In this document: piece by piece, positions 28,755 through 38,707 of the stretch
Layout: the number at the start of each line of letters is the position of its first letter
Position numbering within the stretch: position 1 is the stretch's first letter
Position numbers and translations under genes: made by a program
Origin: an uncultured Candidatus Competibacteraceae bacterium
GTDB taxonomy: Bacteria > Pseudomonadota > Gammaproteobacteria > Competibacterales > Competibacteraceae
Reading direction: 5' to 3'
Assembly (NCBI GenBank): GCA_964508935.1
Contig: CAZDVY010000001.1
Coordinates: 7,493 to 71,492, forward strand
Length of the DNA stretch: 64,000 nt
Notes under the pieces: generated by a model
What the model was told of the DNA's origin: nothing
Databases searched by the model: none
What the model saw: the letters and a program-made list of their open reading frames with translations, nothing else

Positions 28755-29819
28755 TTGCATGCTATTCCACTCGATCCTGCCGGCTCTCGCGTGAATAGGC
28801 CGTTGACTATCGCCCTGGACGGCATGGGCGGCGATATCGGTCCCGAAGTGGTCGTACCCGCTGCCTTGCGGGTGTTAAAAACGTCGGAAGATGCGCTACG
28901 GTTGATTCTAGTCGGTCAAGAAGATGTGCTGTCGGCTTGCCTGACCCGGCTCAAAGCCAAGGACCATCCGCAGATCGTTATTCGTCATGCTTCGCAGTTG
29001 GTGAGCATGGATGAATCACCCGCGCAGGCTCTGCGGGTCAAAAAAGACTCTTCAATGCGGGTGGCGATCAACTTGGTGAAACAGGGCGATGCGGATGCCT
29101 GCGTCAGCGCCGGCAATACCGGCGCGCTGATGGCGACGGCCCGCTTTGTCCTCAAAACCCTGCCGGGTATCGACCGTCCCGCCATTTGCACCACCCTGCC
29201 GACGGTGCGCGATCATGTCCGGGTGCTAGATCTGGGCGCCAACGTGGACAGCAAGGCGGAGCATCTCCTGCAGTTTGCGGTGATGGGTTCGGTGCTGGCG
29301 GCGGTGAACGGCATCGAGCGGCCGCGCGTCGGCTTGCTGAATATCGGCGAAGAAGACATCAAGGGTAATGAACAGGTCAAGGAAGCGGCCCGTCTGCTGG
29401 CGGTCAGCGATCTCAATTACATCGGATTCGTCGAAGGAGACGGCGTCTATCTGGATGACGTGGATGTCGTCGTTTGCGATGGCTTCGTCGGTAATGTCGC
29501 CCTCAAGAGCAGCGAAGGCGTCGCCAAGCTGATCCGTCATTACATGACCCAGGAATTCAAGCGGAATCTGCTGACCCGCCTGGCCGGCCTGATCGCCTTG
29601 CCGGTTTTGCACGCTTTCAGCCGCAAGATTGATCCCCGTCGCTATAACGGCGCCAGCCTGCTGGGCCTGCCGGGCATCGTCATCAAAAGCCATGGCGGCG
29701 CGGATGCGCTGGCGTTCGCCAACGCGATTCAGGTCGCCATGCTGGAAGCCAAACAGGCCTTACCGCAACGCATCGATACCCATCTGTCCGCCCTTCACGC
29801 CGCGAGGCAAGCGCTTTGA
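28755..29819 (+). CDS. plsX: Phosphate acyltransferase PlsX
   Basis: [43 protein letters not shown] and [16 protein letters not shown] are collinear with E. coli PlsX. Confidence 0.92.
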   Translation: MHAIPLDPAGSRVNRPLTIALDGMGGDIGPEVVVPAALRVLKTSEDALRLILVGQEDVLSACLTRLKAKDHPQIVIRHASQLVSMDESPAQALRVKKDSSMRVAINLVKQGDADACVSAGNTGALMATARFVLKTLPGIDRPAICTTLPTVRDHVRVLDLGANVDSKAEHLLQFAVMGSVLAAVNGIERPRVGLLNIGEEDIKGNEQVKEAARLLAVSDLNYIGFVEGDGVYLDDVDVVVCDGFVGNVALKSSEGVAKLIRHYMTQEFKRNLLTRLAGLIALPVLHAFSRKIDPRRYNGASLLGLPGIVIKSHGGADALAFANAIQVAMLEAKQALPQRIDTHLSALHAARQAL

Positions 29820-30784
29820 ACTACGCCAGAATCGCCGGAACCGGCAGCTATCTGCCGGAGAAAGTGCTCACCAACGCCGATCTCGAACAACTGATCGATA
29901 CGACGGCGGACTGGATTGTGGAACGCACCGGAGTCGAAGAGCGCCACATTGCCGCACCGGACGAGACCACCTGTGATCTGGCCGAACGCGCCGCCCGCCG
30001 GGCGCTGGAAGCCGCCAATCTGGAACCGGGCGCTATCGACCTGATTGTTCTGGGCACGACCACTCCTGATCATGTTTTCCCCAGCGTCGCCACCCAGTTG
30101 CAGCATCGTCTGGGCTGCCACGGCGGCCCGGCCTTCGATGTACAGGCGGTCTGCACCGGCTTTGTTTACGCCATGGACATCGCCCACCGCTTCATCCGCA
30201 CGAATGCGGCCAAACGAGCGCTGGTGGTTGGAGCAGATACGTTTACCCGCATCATCAACTGGGAAGATCGCGGCACCTGCATCCTGTTCGGCGATGGCGC
30301 CGGCGCGGTGGTGCTGGAGGCGACGGATCAGCCGGGTATTATCGACAGCCGATTGGGAGCGGATGGCCGTTACAAGGAACTGCTATGGGTGCCGGCGGGC
30401 GTATCCAGCGGCTACGAGCAGACCCGGCAGAACGCAGCTTTCGTGGAAATGCGCGGCAGCGAGGTGTTCAAAGTGGCGGTGACCACCCTCAAGGATATGG
30501 CCGAACACATTCTGGCGGCGAATCAAATGACGGTCGCCGATGTGGACTGGCTGATCCCGCATCAGGCCAACCGCCGGATTCTTGCCGCGACCGCCAAGCG
30601 TCTGGGCTTGCCGGAAGAGCGGATGGTGGACTGTGTGCGGACGCACGGCAATACCTCTGCGGCTTCGGTGCCGCTGGCGCTGGATGTGGCGGTGCGCGAT
30701 GGCCGTGTCCAGCGAGGCCAAACGCTGTTACTGGAAGGCTTTGGCGGCGGGTTCACCTGGGGTGCAGTACTGGTGAAGTATTGA
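29816..30784 (+). CDS. fabH: 3-oxoacyl-ACP synthase III
   Basis: TTG start overlaps the plsX TGA (TTGA). [37 protein letters not shown] (active-site Cys), IPHQANRRI and [12 protein letters not shown]. Confidence 0.92.
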   Translation: MNYARIAGTGSYLPEKVLTNADLEQLIDTTADWIVERTGVEERHIAAPDETTCDLAERAARRALEAANLEPGAIDLIVLGTTTPDHVFPSVATQLQHRLGCHGGPAFDVQAVCTGFVYAMDIAHRFIRTNAAKRALVVGADTFTRIINWEDRGTCILFGDGAGAVVLEATDQPGIIDSRLGADGRYKELLWVPAGVSSGYEQTRQNAAFVEMRGSEVFKVAVTTLKDMAEHILAANQMTVADVDWLIPHQANRRILAATAKRLGLPEERMVDCVRTHGNTSAASVPLALDVAVRDGRVQRGQTLLLEGFGGGFTWGAVLVKY

Positions 30785-30797
30785 GGCGGAGAAGGTC

Positions 30798-31547
30798 ATG
30801 ATGAAGACGCTGGACGGTGAAATTGCCCTGGTGACCGGAGCCAGCCGGGGCATCGGTCAGGCGGTTGCCCGCGAACTGGGTCGGCGCGGGGCAACGGTGA
30901 TCGGCACGGCGACGACGGAAGCCGGCGCGGATGCGATTACGCAGGATTTGCAGAGGCGGGACATTAGAGGTCGCGGTTTGCAGTTGGAGGTCACTGACCT
31001 GACGTCGGTGGACGCAACGGTCAAGGCGGTGATTCAGGAATTTGGCGCGCCTAGTGTTTTGGTCAACAACGCCGGCGTCGCTCGCGATAACCTGCTGTTG
31101 CGGATGAAGGAAGAGGAATGGACGTTCATCCTCGACACCAATCTGAGTTCGGTCTATCGGCTGAGCAAGGCGGTGTTGCGGGGGATGATGAAGGCCCAGC
31201 GCGGGCGCATTATCAACATCACCTCGGTGGTGGGCATCATCGGCAGCGCCGGACAAGCCAATTATGCGGCGGCCAAGGCCGGCATTATCGGCTTCACCAA
31301 GTCACTGGCGCGCGAGGTGGGGTCGCGCAACATCACCGTCAACGCCGTCGCGCCAGGGTTGATTGAAACTGACATGACCCGGGCGTTGCCGGAGAGCCAG
31401 CGTCAGGCGCTGATTGAATCGATTCCATTGCAACGACCCGGTCAACCCGAGGATGTCGCGCATGTCGTGGCGTTCCTGGCTTCGTCAGACGCCGCTTACA
31501 TAACCGGCGCGACCCTGCACGTCAACGGCGGAATGGCTATGATATGA
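30798..31547 (+). CDS. fabG: 3-oxoacyl-ACP reductase
   Basis: IALVTGASRGIGQAVA, NNAGVARDNLLLRMKEEEW, NYAAAKAGIIGFTKSLAREV and TLHVNGGMAM. Starts 13 nt after fabH, with no fabD between them. Confidence 0.92.
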   Translation: MMKTLDGEIALVTGASRGIGQAVARELGRRGATVIGTATTEAGADAITQDLQRRDIRGRGLQLEVTDLTSVDATVKAVIQEFGAPSVLVNNAGVARDNLLLRMKEEEWTFILDTNLSSVYRLSKAVLRGMMKAQRGRIINITSVVGIIGSAGQANYAAAKAGIIGFTKSLAREVGSRNITVNAVAPGLIETDMTRALPESQRQALIESIPLQRPGQPEDVAHVVAFLASSDAAYITGATLHVNGGMAMI

Positions 31548-31754
31548 GGCCAGTCAACGGCTAGAATTTGGGGGAATCCGCGCTGGCGCGCCGGCGGTCA
31601 GCGTGGGGTCTGAAAATCGCCGAGTTTTGGAAAACATCACCGGATATTTTCTGCAATTCGCGCAAGTTGTGATACCGTTGCGCCGGATTTCACCCGCCAT
31701 TTACGGTGGGTGCGGATTGAAACAAGCAGACAGACACCGAGGAAGCAAACCGTC

Positions 31755-32000
31755 ATGACCGACATCAGCAATATCGAAGCCCGCGTTAAAAAAATCATCA
31801 TCGAGCAACTCGGGGTGAAGGAAGAGCAAGTCACTAATGAGGCCTCTTTCGTCGAGGATCTCGGCGCTGACTCGCTGGATACCGTTGAACTGGTGATGGC
31901 TCTGGAGGAAGAATTCGAACTCGAGATTCCCGATGAGGATGCCGAGAAAATCACCACGGTGCAGCAGGCGATTGATTACATCGCGGCGCATTTGGGTTGA
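31755..32000 (+). CDS. acpP: Acyl carrier protein
   Basis: [54 protein letters not shown] contains the DSLD phosphopantetheine site. 81 aa from ATG 31755. Confidence 0.95.
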   Translation: MTDISNIEARVKKIIIEQLGVKEEQVTNEASFVEDLGADSLDTVELVMALEEEFELEIPDEDAEKITTVQQAIDYIAAHLG

Positions 32001-32032
32001 AGGCGTCAGTTCAACGTCGTTCGGGTTCATCC

Positions 32033-32059
32033 GCCGCGACCGCCGCCGGGGGTCGCGGC
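32033..32059 (+). terminator. GC-rich hairpin between acpP and fabF (partial terminator/attenuator candidate)
   Basis: gccgcgacc (32033-32041) pairs with ggtcgcggc (32051-32059) around a 9-nt loop. Lies 33 nt after the acpP stop. No clear U-tract. Confidence 0.35.
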
Positions 32060-32096
32060 CTGATTGGTTCAGCGCAGCACAGCAGAGGATAGTCCT

Positions 32097-33338
32097 GTGG
32101 GCAAGCGGCGAGTGGTAGTGACCGGGATGGGGATCGTATCGCCCGTCGGCAGCACGGTGGAAACAGCCTGGAGTAACATTCTGGCCGGCCACAGCGGTAT
32201 TGGCCCGGTCACTGCTTTCGATGTCGCCAGTTTCCCGGTGCGCATCGGCGGGGCGGTGAGGGATTTTCAGGTTGAGCAGTATCTGCCGGTCAAGGAAGCC
32301 AAGAAAATGGATACGTTTATTCATTACGGCATCGGCGCCGCGATGCAGGCGATCCGTGATTCCGGGCTGGAGGTCACGGAAGCCAACGCCGAACGCATCG
32401 GCACCTATATCGGCTCTGGCATCGGTGGTCTGCCGGGCATCGAGGAAGGTCACTCCGCTTTTCTGAAAGGCGGGCCGCGTCGACTGACCCCGTTCTTTGT
32501 GCCGCGCAGCATTATCAACATGGTGTCGGGCAACCTGTCGATTCTGTACGGGATCAAGGGGCCTAATTTAGCGGTAGTGACCGCCTGCACCACCGGCACC
32601 CATAGCATTGGTCTGGCCGGGCGGCTGATCGCCTATGGCGACGCAGATGTCATGATCGCCGGCGGCGCGGAAATGGCGACCACACCGACCGGGCTGTGCG
32701 GTTTCGCGGCGGCGCGTGCGCTGTCGCTGCGCAACGATGAACCGGAGAAAGCCAGTCGCCCCTGGGATAAAGATCGTGATGGCTTCGTGCTGAGCGATGG
32801 CGCCGGGGTGGTGGTGCTGGAGGAATACGAACACGCTAGGCGACGCGGTGCACGCATTTACGCTGAACTTATCGGCTTTGGCATGAGTGGCGATGCTTAC
32901 CACATGACCCTGCCGCCGCCTGATGGCGATGGCGCCCGGCGGGCGATGATCAATGCGTTGCGCGATGCGGAAATTACTCCCGAGGCGGTCGATTACATCA
33001 ATGCCCACGGCACATCCACGCCGGCAGGAGACAAGATTGAGAGCAACGCCGCCAAAGCGGTATTCGGCGACCATGCCTACCGGTTGGCGATGAGTTCCAC
33101 CAAGTCGATGACCGGTCATTTGCTGGGTGCGGCAGGCGGAGTTGAAGCTATCTTCGCGGTGCTGGCGATCCGCGATCAGGTCGCGCCGCCGACGATCAAC
33201 CTGGATCACCCGGAAGCAGGCTGTGATTTGAACTATGTACCACATACTGCCCAGGAACGGCAGATTCAGGTGGCGCTGTCCAATTCCTTCGGCTTCGGCG
33301 GCACCAACGGCACAGTGGTGTTCCGCGCACTGAATTGA
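32097..33338 (+). CDS. fabF: 3-oxoacyl-ACP synthase II
   Basis: GTG 32097 (AGAGGA upstream) gives [18 protein letters not shown], collinear with E. coli [18 protein letters not shown] and giving 413 aa. Also [10 protein letters not shown] (active Cys), HGTSTPAGD and [10 protein letters not shown]. Confidence 0.92.
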   Translation: MGKRRVVVTGMGIVSPVGSTVETAWSNILAGHSGIGPVTAFDVASFPVRIGGAVRDFQVEQYLPVKEAKKMDTFIHYGIGAAMQAIRDSGLEVTEANAERIGTYIGSGIGGLPGIEEGHSAFLKGGPRRLTPFFVPRSIINMVSGNLSILYGIKGPNLAVVTACTTGTHSIGLAGRLIAYGDADVMIAGGAEMATTPTGLCGFAAARALSLRNDEPEKASRPWDKDRDGFVLSDGAGVVVLEEYEHARRRGARIYAELIGFGMSGDAYHMTLPPPDGDGARRAMINALRDAEITPEAVDYINAHGTSTPAGDKIESNAAKAVFGDHAYRLAMSSTKSMTGHLLGAAGGVEAIFAVLAIRDQVAPPTINLDHPEAGCDLNYVPHTAQERQIQVALSNSFGFGGTNGTVVFRALN

Positions 33339-33353
33339 AGGGCGTCAATTCCG

Positions 33354-34370
33354 TTGATTTTCAAACGGTTTTGGCGATGGGGATTGGCGCTGGCGTTTGG
33401 GCTGGCGCTGTTTGTGGTCCTGATTTACACCGATTACCAGCAATTTCTTGATACCTCGCTTAGCGTCCCGGTCAGCGGTCTGGTCCTGGAGGTTAAACCC
33501 GGTGTCGGCATCGGTTCTATCGCCCGGCAACTGCAACAACAACCCGGTTTATCGCGTCCCGCCTTCTATCTGGAAACTTACGCCCGATTGAACGGTCTCG
33601 GGTCCCGTCTGAAAGTGGGTGAATATGCGTTGGCCCCTGGTGTGACGCCCCGCACACTGCTCGACCGAATCGTCGCCGGCCGGGTGATCCAGTATCCGCT
33701 GACCATTGTTGAAGGCTGGACTTTTCGCCAATTACGGCAGGCTTTAGTTTCCCACCCGAAGCTCGTCCAGACTCTGTCAGACTTGAGCGACGCCGAGGTC
33801 ATGGCGCGGCTGGATCATCCCGGCGAGCATCCCGAAGGGTGGTTTCTGCCCGATACCTATCATTTTCCCGCCGGCTTCACTGATGCAGCGTTCCTGCGGC
33901 GGGCGCGGGCGGCTATGAATCAACGGTTGATGGAAATCTGGAATCGACGCGCGCCTGATGCGCCGGTCAACGATCCCTATCAGGCGCTGATTCTGGCTTC
34001 GATCATCGAGAAAGAAACCGGAATCGCAGCGGAACGGGCGGAGATTGCCGGGGTCTTCGCACGGCGTCTGCGCCAGGGTATGCGCCTGCAAACGGATCCT
34101 ACGGTGATTTACGGGCTGGGCGAGGCGTTTGATGGAAATTTGCGCCGCCGTGACCTCGAAACGGATACGCCGTACAACACCTATACCCGCCCTGGCCTGC
34201 CGCCGACGCCGATTGCCCTGCCGGGAACGGATTCACTAAACGCCGCAGTGAATCCGGCGCCCGGCGATACGCTGTATTTCGTAGCTGACGGTGCCGGCGG
34301 TCATGTATTTTCCCGGACGCTCGATGAGCACAATCGAGCGGTTCGGCGGTATCAGTTGCAGGGGAAATGA
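33354..34370 (+). CDS. mltG: Endolytic murein transglycosylase MltG (YceG)
   Basis: N-terminal TM helix, then YceG-like blocks EGWFLPDTYHF, ILASIIEKETG (catalytic Glu), LQTDPTVIYG and YNTYTRPGLPPTPIALPG. TTG start 15 nt after fabF. Confidence 0.88.
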   Translation: MIFKRFWRWGLALAFGLALFVVLIYTDYQQFLDTSLSVPVSGLVLEVKPGVGIGSIARQLQQQPGLSRPAFYLETYARLNGLGSRLKVGEYALAPGVTPRTLLDRIVAGRVIQYPLTIVEGWTFRQLRQALVSHPKLVQTLSDLSDAEVMARLDHPGEHPEGWFLPDTYHFPAGFTDAAFLRRARAAMNQRLMEIWNRRAPDAPVNDPYQALILASIIEKETGIAAERAEIAGVFARRLRQGMRLQTDPTVIYGLGEAFDGNLRRRDLETDTPYNTYTRPGLPPTPIALPGTDSLNAAVNPAPGDTLYFVADGAGGHVFSRTLDEHNRAVRRYQLQGK

Positions 34371-34371
34371 G

Positions 34372-35022
34372 ATGGCTGGTCGATTCATTACCGTCGAGGG
34401 CGGTGAAGGCGCGGGGAAAACGACGCAACTGATCTTCATGCGCGACTATTTGGCGCAGGCTGGCTACCGAGTCGTGGTCACCCGCGAACCAGGCGGTACG
34501 GCGCTGGGCGAGGAGATTCGCGGTCTGCTGCTGAGCCATCGCCATAACGGGATGACATTGATCGCTGAGACCCTGCTGATGTTCGCTGCCCGCGCTGAAC
34601 ATCTGGAACAAGTGATTCGTCCGGCGCTTGCTGAGGGTCACTGGGTGCTATGCGACCGCTTCACCGACGCTACTTATGCCTACCAGGGCGGTGGGCGCGG
34701 TCTGGCGCTGGAGCGGATCACCGTGTTGGAAGACTGGGTGCAGGGCGCGTTGCGGCCTGATTTGACCCTGCTGTTTGATCTGCCGGTAACGGTTGGTTTG
34801 GCTCGGGCCGGGAAGCGTAGCGCAGTTGATCGCTTTGAGCGCGAAGATATGGCCTTTTTTGAACGAGTGCGGGCCACTTATCGGGAACAGGGGGTCCAGC
34901 ACTCTAACCGTTACCGGGTGGTGAACGCTGATCAGTCAATTGCAGGAGTGTGGGCAGAGGTGCAAAACATTCTTGACGAATTCCTGCGTAGCTCTCTGGA
35001 TCGAAGTGATATACTACAATGA
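34372..35022 (+). CDS. tmk: Thymidylate kinase
   Basis: ATG 34372: MAGRFITVEGGEGAGKTTQL (P-loop), TREPGGT and CDRFTDATYAYQGGGRG. Confidence 0.92.
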   Translation: MAGRFITVEGGEGAGKTTQLIFMRDYLAQAGYRVVVTREPGGTALGEEIRGLLLSHRHNGMTLIAETLLMFAARAEHLEQVIRPALAEGHWVLCDRFTDATYAYQGGGRGLALERITVLEDWVQGALRPDLTLLFDLPVTVGLARAGKRSAVDRFEREDMAFFERVRATYREQGVQHSNRYRVVNADQSIAGVWAEVQNILDEFLRSSLDRSDILQ

Positions 35023-35051
35023 TATATATTCACCAGAATCTGGAGGACGTC

Positions 35052-35306
35052 ATGCCGAAGACCGCCAAAATCTTTATGAACGGGCGCAGCCAAGCTGTGC
35101 GGTTACCCGCCGAGTTTCGTTTCGATTGCCAAGAGGTTTTTATCGAAAAGCAGGGCGATAAAGTGATTTTGCGACCCAAACCGCAAAATTTGGGTAAAAG
35201 CCTAGTGGAGTTCTTCGCTAAAACAGAACCATTCCCCGATGATTTCCTGGCGGATCGCCACGATCTGCCTCTGCAAGATCGGGAGTGGTTCCGTGAAGAC
35301 GCTTGA
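35052..35306 (+). CDS. vapB: VapB antitoxin (AbrB/SpoVT-fold, MvpA-like)
   Basis: MPKTAKIFMNGRSQAVRLPAEFRFDCQEVFIEKQGDKVILRPKP matches the enteric VapB/MvpA pattern. GGAGG 5 nt upstream of the ATG. 84 aa. Confidence 0.85.
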   Translation: MPKTAKIFMNGRSQAVRLPAEFRFDCQEVFIEKQGDKVILRPKPQNLGKSLVEFFAKTEPFPDDFLADRHDLPLQDREWFREDA

Positions 35307-35694
35307 TACCAACATATGTAGCTACATCCTGCGTCGGCGGCGCCCACAGGTCATCGCGCATTTTGAAGGGTTGGCGTCTGACGATTTGTTCCTGTCAGCG
35401 GTGGTTGTAGCGGAACTCCGCTTTGGCGCGGCGAAACTGGGTTCAGAGCGATTCGCTGGCTATTTGGAGAATTGGCTGGGGCTTTTTGATTTACGCCCAT
35501 GGCCGGTGTCAGCCTCCCGATGTTATGCCCATCTGCGGCGTGGCCTCGAACGCCAGGGAACACCTATCGGTAGTATGGACCTAATGATTGCGGCTCATGC
35601 ATTGACGGAAAATGCAGTGCTGGTGACCAACAACCTGCGGGAGTTCGGGCGGGTGCCCAATTTGCAGCTAGAAAATTGGGTGGAAGCCGGTTGA
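35293..35694 (+). CDS. vapC: VapC PIN-domain toxin (MvpT-like)
   Basis: GTG 35293 overlaps vapB by 14 nt. LDTNICSYIL, VVVAELRFGAAK, MDLMIAAHA and LVTNNLREFGRVPNLQLENW are collinear with Shigella/Salmonella VapC, and all PIN acidic positions are present. 133 aa. Confidence 0.85.
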   Translation: MKTLDTNICSYILRRRRPQVIAHFEGLASDDLFLSAVVVAELRFGAAKLGSERFAGYLENWLGLFDLRPWPVSASRCYAHLRRGLERQGTPIGSMDLMIAAHALTENAVLVTNNLREFGRVPNLQLENWVEAG

Positions 35695-36674
35695 TGGACC
35701 AGACGCAACTCCCCTGGCATGCCGCGCTGTGGCGGCAACTCCAACAGCGTCGAACGGCTGATCGCCTGCCTCATGCGTTGTTGCTGGCCGGCCCAGCGGG
35801 GCTGGGCAAGTTGACTTTCGCCCGCCGACTGGCGCAGGCATTATTGTGTGCATCGCCGGATGTGGGGGGCGACGCCTGCGGTCAATGTCGGAGTTGCCGA
35901 TTGTTCCAGGCAGGTACTCATCCTGATTACAGCCCGGTGCAACCGGCCGAGGAAGGCAAGGTTATCAAAATCGACCAGATCCGCGATCTCTGCGCCTTTC
36001 TCGGTTATACCCCGCAATACGGCGGTTACAAGATCGCCCTGCTGGAGCCGGCGGACCGCCTCAATGTCAACGCCGCCAATAGTCTGCTGAAAACGCTGGA
36101 GGAACCGCCGGGCGATTGTCTGTTGCTCCTCGTGACGGCCCAACCTGCACGACTGCCAGCCACTGTGCGCAGCCGCTGTCAGGTCATCCCCTTTAGTCCG
36201 CCGATGTCGGACATCGCTATGCCCTGGCTCAAGGTGCGGATCGCGGGTGATTTGAATGTAGCGGCGCTACTGGAAACTGCTGGTGGCGCACCGCTAACAG
36301 CGTTGACCTATGCGGATGGGGAACGCTGGCGTCATCGTCGGGAATTGGCGGATGGTTATGAACAGGTGATGACAGGCCGGCTGGATCCAATCCGGGCGGC
36401 GGAACACTGGACGCGGGGTGATTTGGCTGAAAATCTGCGCTGGCTGGTCAGTTGGCAGATTGATGTGATTCGGCTTAAGATGAGTTCCCATCCTCCGCGC
36501 TTGAGTAACCCCGATTTGCGTTCCCTGTTACGGAGTTGGGCCGACCGACAGGCGCCGCGCCTCCTGTTCGACCGGTTAGACGCGGCTCTGCGTCTGTATA
36601 CCTTGTGTGTAACGGCCCAGGTCAGGGCTGACATGCTCCTGGAAGCGTTTCTCGGCGACGTGGCAGGCGAATAA
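35694..36674 (+). CDS. holB: DNA polymerase III delta-prime subunit
   Basis: ATG 35694 shares one nt with the vapC TGA. MDQTQLPWHAALWRQL...HALLLAGPAGLGK...CGQCRSCRLFQAGTHPDY...NSLLKTLEEPP...TVRSRCQ. Confidence 0.9.
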   Translation: MDQTQLPWHAALWRQLQQRRTADRLPHALLLAGPAGLGKLTFARRLAQALLCASPDVGGDACGQCRSCRLFQAGTHPDYSPVQPAEEGKVIKIDQIRDLCAFLGYTPQYGGYKIALLEPADRLNVNAANSLLKTLEEPPGDCLLLLVTAQPARLPATVRSRCQVIPFSPPMSDIAMPWLKVRIAGDLNVAALLETAGGAPLTALTYADGERWRHRRELADGYEQVMTGRLDPIRAAEHWTRGDLAENLRWLVSWQIDVIRLKMSSHPPRLSNPDLRSLLRSWADRQAPRLLFDRLDAALRLYTLCVTAQVRADMLLEAFLGDVAGE

Positions 36675-36717
36675 TACATCCGGTTTTCGCGAATAAACTT
36701 GATAGAAGGTTGCACCC

Positions 36718-37065
36718 ATGGCAGCTCCCCCCAGACAAGGCGTCATCTCCCTCGCGGTCAAGGACAAGGCGATGCTGCACGCCAATTACATGCCCTTTAT
36801 CAAGGGTGGCGGCATCTTCATTCCGACTGAAAAAATCTTTGAACTGGGCGATGAGGTTTTTCTTCTGCTAACCCTGCTCGAAGACCCCGAGCGGTTCGCC
36901 ATCACCGGCAAGGTAGTCTGGATCAACCATCGCACGACCCCCGGCAGTCGGCAGATGGGAGTAGGCATCCAGTTCGGCGGCGCAGACAGCGTCCGGTTGC
37001 AGAAAAAGATTGAAGCGCTGCTGGGCGGCTATACCCGGGCTGACCAGCCGACCAATACCATGTAG
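36718..37065 (+). CDS. pilZ: PilZ-domain protein (type IV pilus assembly PilZ-like)
   Basis: 115 aa. GVISLAVKDKAMLHANYMPFIKGGGIFIPT...GKVVWINH...MGVGIQF. Position between holB and tatD matches Pseudomonas PA2960. Confidence 0.8.
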   Translation: MAAPPRQGVISLAVKDKAMLHANYMPFIKGGGIFIPTEKIFELGDEVFLLLTLLEDPERFAITGKVVWINHRTTPGSRQMGVGIQFGGADSVRLQKKIEALLGGYTRADQPTNTM

Positions 37066-37079
37066 GCCACCGACCGATC

Positions 37080-37868
37080 ATGTTGGTAGACTCCCATTGC
37101 CATCTGGATCGGCTTGATTTCACCCGGTTCGGCGGCAGCCTCGCCGGCGTGCTGGACACGGCGGCGGCCCAGGGCGTCACCCGTCTGTTGAGCGTGGCGA
37201 CTAATCTGGAAGGCTGGCCGGCGCTGGCCCGGTTAACCGAGCCATACCCCTTCATCGCCCTGTCGGTCGGGGTCCATCCCAGCGAAGAGACGGGGCGCGC
37301 GCCGACGGTGGCGGAGTTGACCGCGCTGGGCCGGGCGTCGCGGGTTGTCGCCATCGGCGAGACCGGCCTCGACTATTACTATGGCCGTGACCAGAAAAAC
37401 CGCCAACAGGACTGGTTTCGCGTCCATATCGCCGCCGCCCGCGCGCTGGGCAAGCCGCTGATCGTTCACACCCGCGAGGCGCGGGAGGACACGCTGCGCA
37501 TTCTGGCTGAGGAAGGCGCAGCGGAGGTCGGCGGAGTGCTACACTGTTTCACCGAGGACTGGGACATGGCGGTGCGGGCGCTGGAATTGAATTTCTACAT
37601 CTCGTTTTCCGGCATTGTCACTTTCAAAAATGCCCGACCCATTCAGGACGCCGCGCAACGCCTGCCGGCGGATCGTTTGCTCGTCGAGACTGATTCGCCT
37701 TATCTGGCGCCGATTCCACACCGGGGCAAACCCAATCATCCAGCCTGGGTGCGGCATGTTGCGGAATGCGTCGCTCAACTGCGCGGCGAATCGCTGGAGC
37801 AGGTAGCGGAGACAACGACCGCGAATTATCTCCGGCTGTTCGGCGCGGCGGGCAGGGAGGCGACGTGA
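37080..37868 (+). CDS. TatD-family metal-dependent hydrolase (YcfH-like)
   Basis: MLVDSHCHLD, AIGETGLDYYY, PLIVHTREA, GVLHCFTED and LVETDSPYLAPIPHRGKPNHPA. Confidence 0.9.
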   Translation: MLVDSHCHLDRLDFTRFGGSLAGVLDTAAAQGVTRLLSVATNLEGWPALARLTEPYPFIALSVGVHPSEETGRAPTVAELTALGRASRVVAIGETGLDYYYGRDQKNRQQDWFRVHIAAARALGKPLIVHTREAREDTLRILAEEGAAEVGGVLHCFTEDWDMAVRALELNFYISFSGIVTFKNARPIQDAAQRLPADRLLVETDSPYLAPIPHRGKPNHPAWVRHVAECVAQLRGESLEQVAETTTANYLRLFGAAGREAT

Positions 37869-38488
37869 ATCACGCGGCGATGCGCGACCGGGTGCGGCGC
37901 TGTCTGCATTCCACCCATCACATTGAAACCATGACCGGCGATCATGCCGTGGCCGGCATGGCGCGCGAGGAGCGAACGCTAACGCCGGCGGCGGTGCTTG
38001 TGCCGCTGGTAGAGCGTCCTGAAGGCTATACGGTGCTGCTGACCCGGCGGACGGCCCATCTGGAGCATCACGCCGGGCAGATCAGCTTTCCCGGAGGGCG
38101 GGCTGAGGAAGAGGACGCCAGCCCGGTGGAAACGGCGTTGCGCGAGGCCGAAGAGGAAATTGGCCTGCACCGCCGGCATGTCGTCGAAATCGCCGGTTTT
38201 CTGGACTTGTATCAGACAGTGACGGGGTTTCTGATCACACCGGCGGTGGGGTTTGTCACGCCGCCGTTTGAGCTGCGGCTGGATGATTTCGAGGTAGCCG
38301 AGGCATTTGAAGTCCCGTTGGATTTCATTCTTGACCCGCGCCACCACGAGCGCCGCAGTATGCTCTATCAGGGTCGGCAACGGCAGTATTACGTCATTCC
38401 CTACGAAAACCGTTTCATCTGGGGCGCAACCGCCGCCATGCTGGTCAATTTTGCCCGGCGATTAACGGGAAACCTGCTGCTCCCTTGA
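37865..38488 (+). CDS. nudL: Nudix hydrolase, CoA pyrophosphatase (NudL-like)
   Basis: GTG 37865 overlaps the tatD TGA (GTGA). AAVLVPL, LLTRRTAHLEHHAGQISFPGG and the Nudix box ALREAEEEIGL. Confidence 0.8.
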   Translation: MNHAAMRDRVRRCLHSTHHIETMTGDHAVAGMAREERTLTPAAVLVPLVERPEGYTVLLTRRTAHLEHHAGQISFPGGRAEEEDASPVETALREAEEEIGLHRRHVVEIAGFLDLYQTVTGFLITPAVGFVTPPFELRLDDFEVAEAFEVPLDFILDPRHHERRSMLYQGRQRQYYVIPYENRFIWGATAAMLVNFARRLTGNLLLP

Positions 38489-38677
38489 ATCCGGCGCGCC
38501 GCTGACCGCACCCCGGTGATGGACAAACTGCCGCAACAGGAATTCCTCATCACGCGGGGTCAGGTCAAACCGCAAACTGGCGCTCTCAACCGTCTTGAGA
38601 GTGCACTGTCTCTGCTCGGCAAGCCATCGGAATGCCTGGCGCAGCGCCTCGCCTTCGGGAATGACGGATTCCAACAT
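38462..38677 (-). CDS. Small hypothetical protein (71 aa) directly downstream of ppc
   Basis: ATG 38677 with GGGAGA 6 nt upstream, 30 nt after the ppc stop and on the same strand. No recognisable motif. Overlaps the nudL 3' end by 27 nt. Confidence 0.35.
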   Translation of the reverse strand: MLESVIPEGEALRQAFRWLAEQRQCTLKTVESASLRFDLTPRDEEFLLRQFVHHRGAVSGAPDSREQQVSR

Positions 38678-38707
38678 GATGATCTCCCGGTACGCGCAAC
38701 CTTTGCT

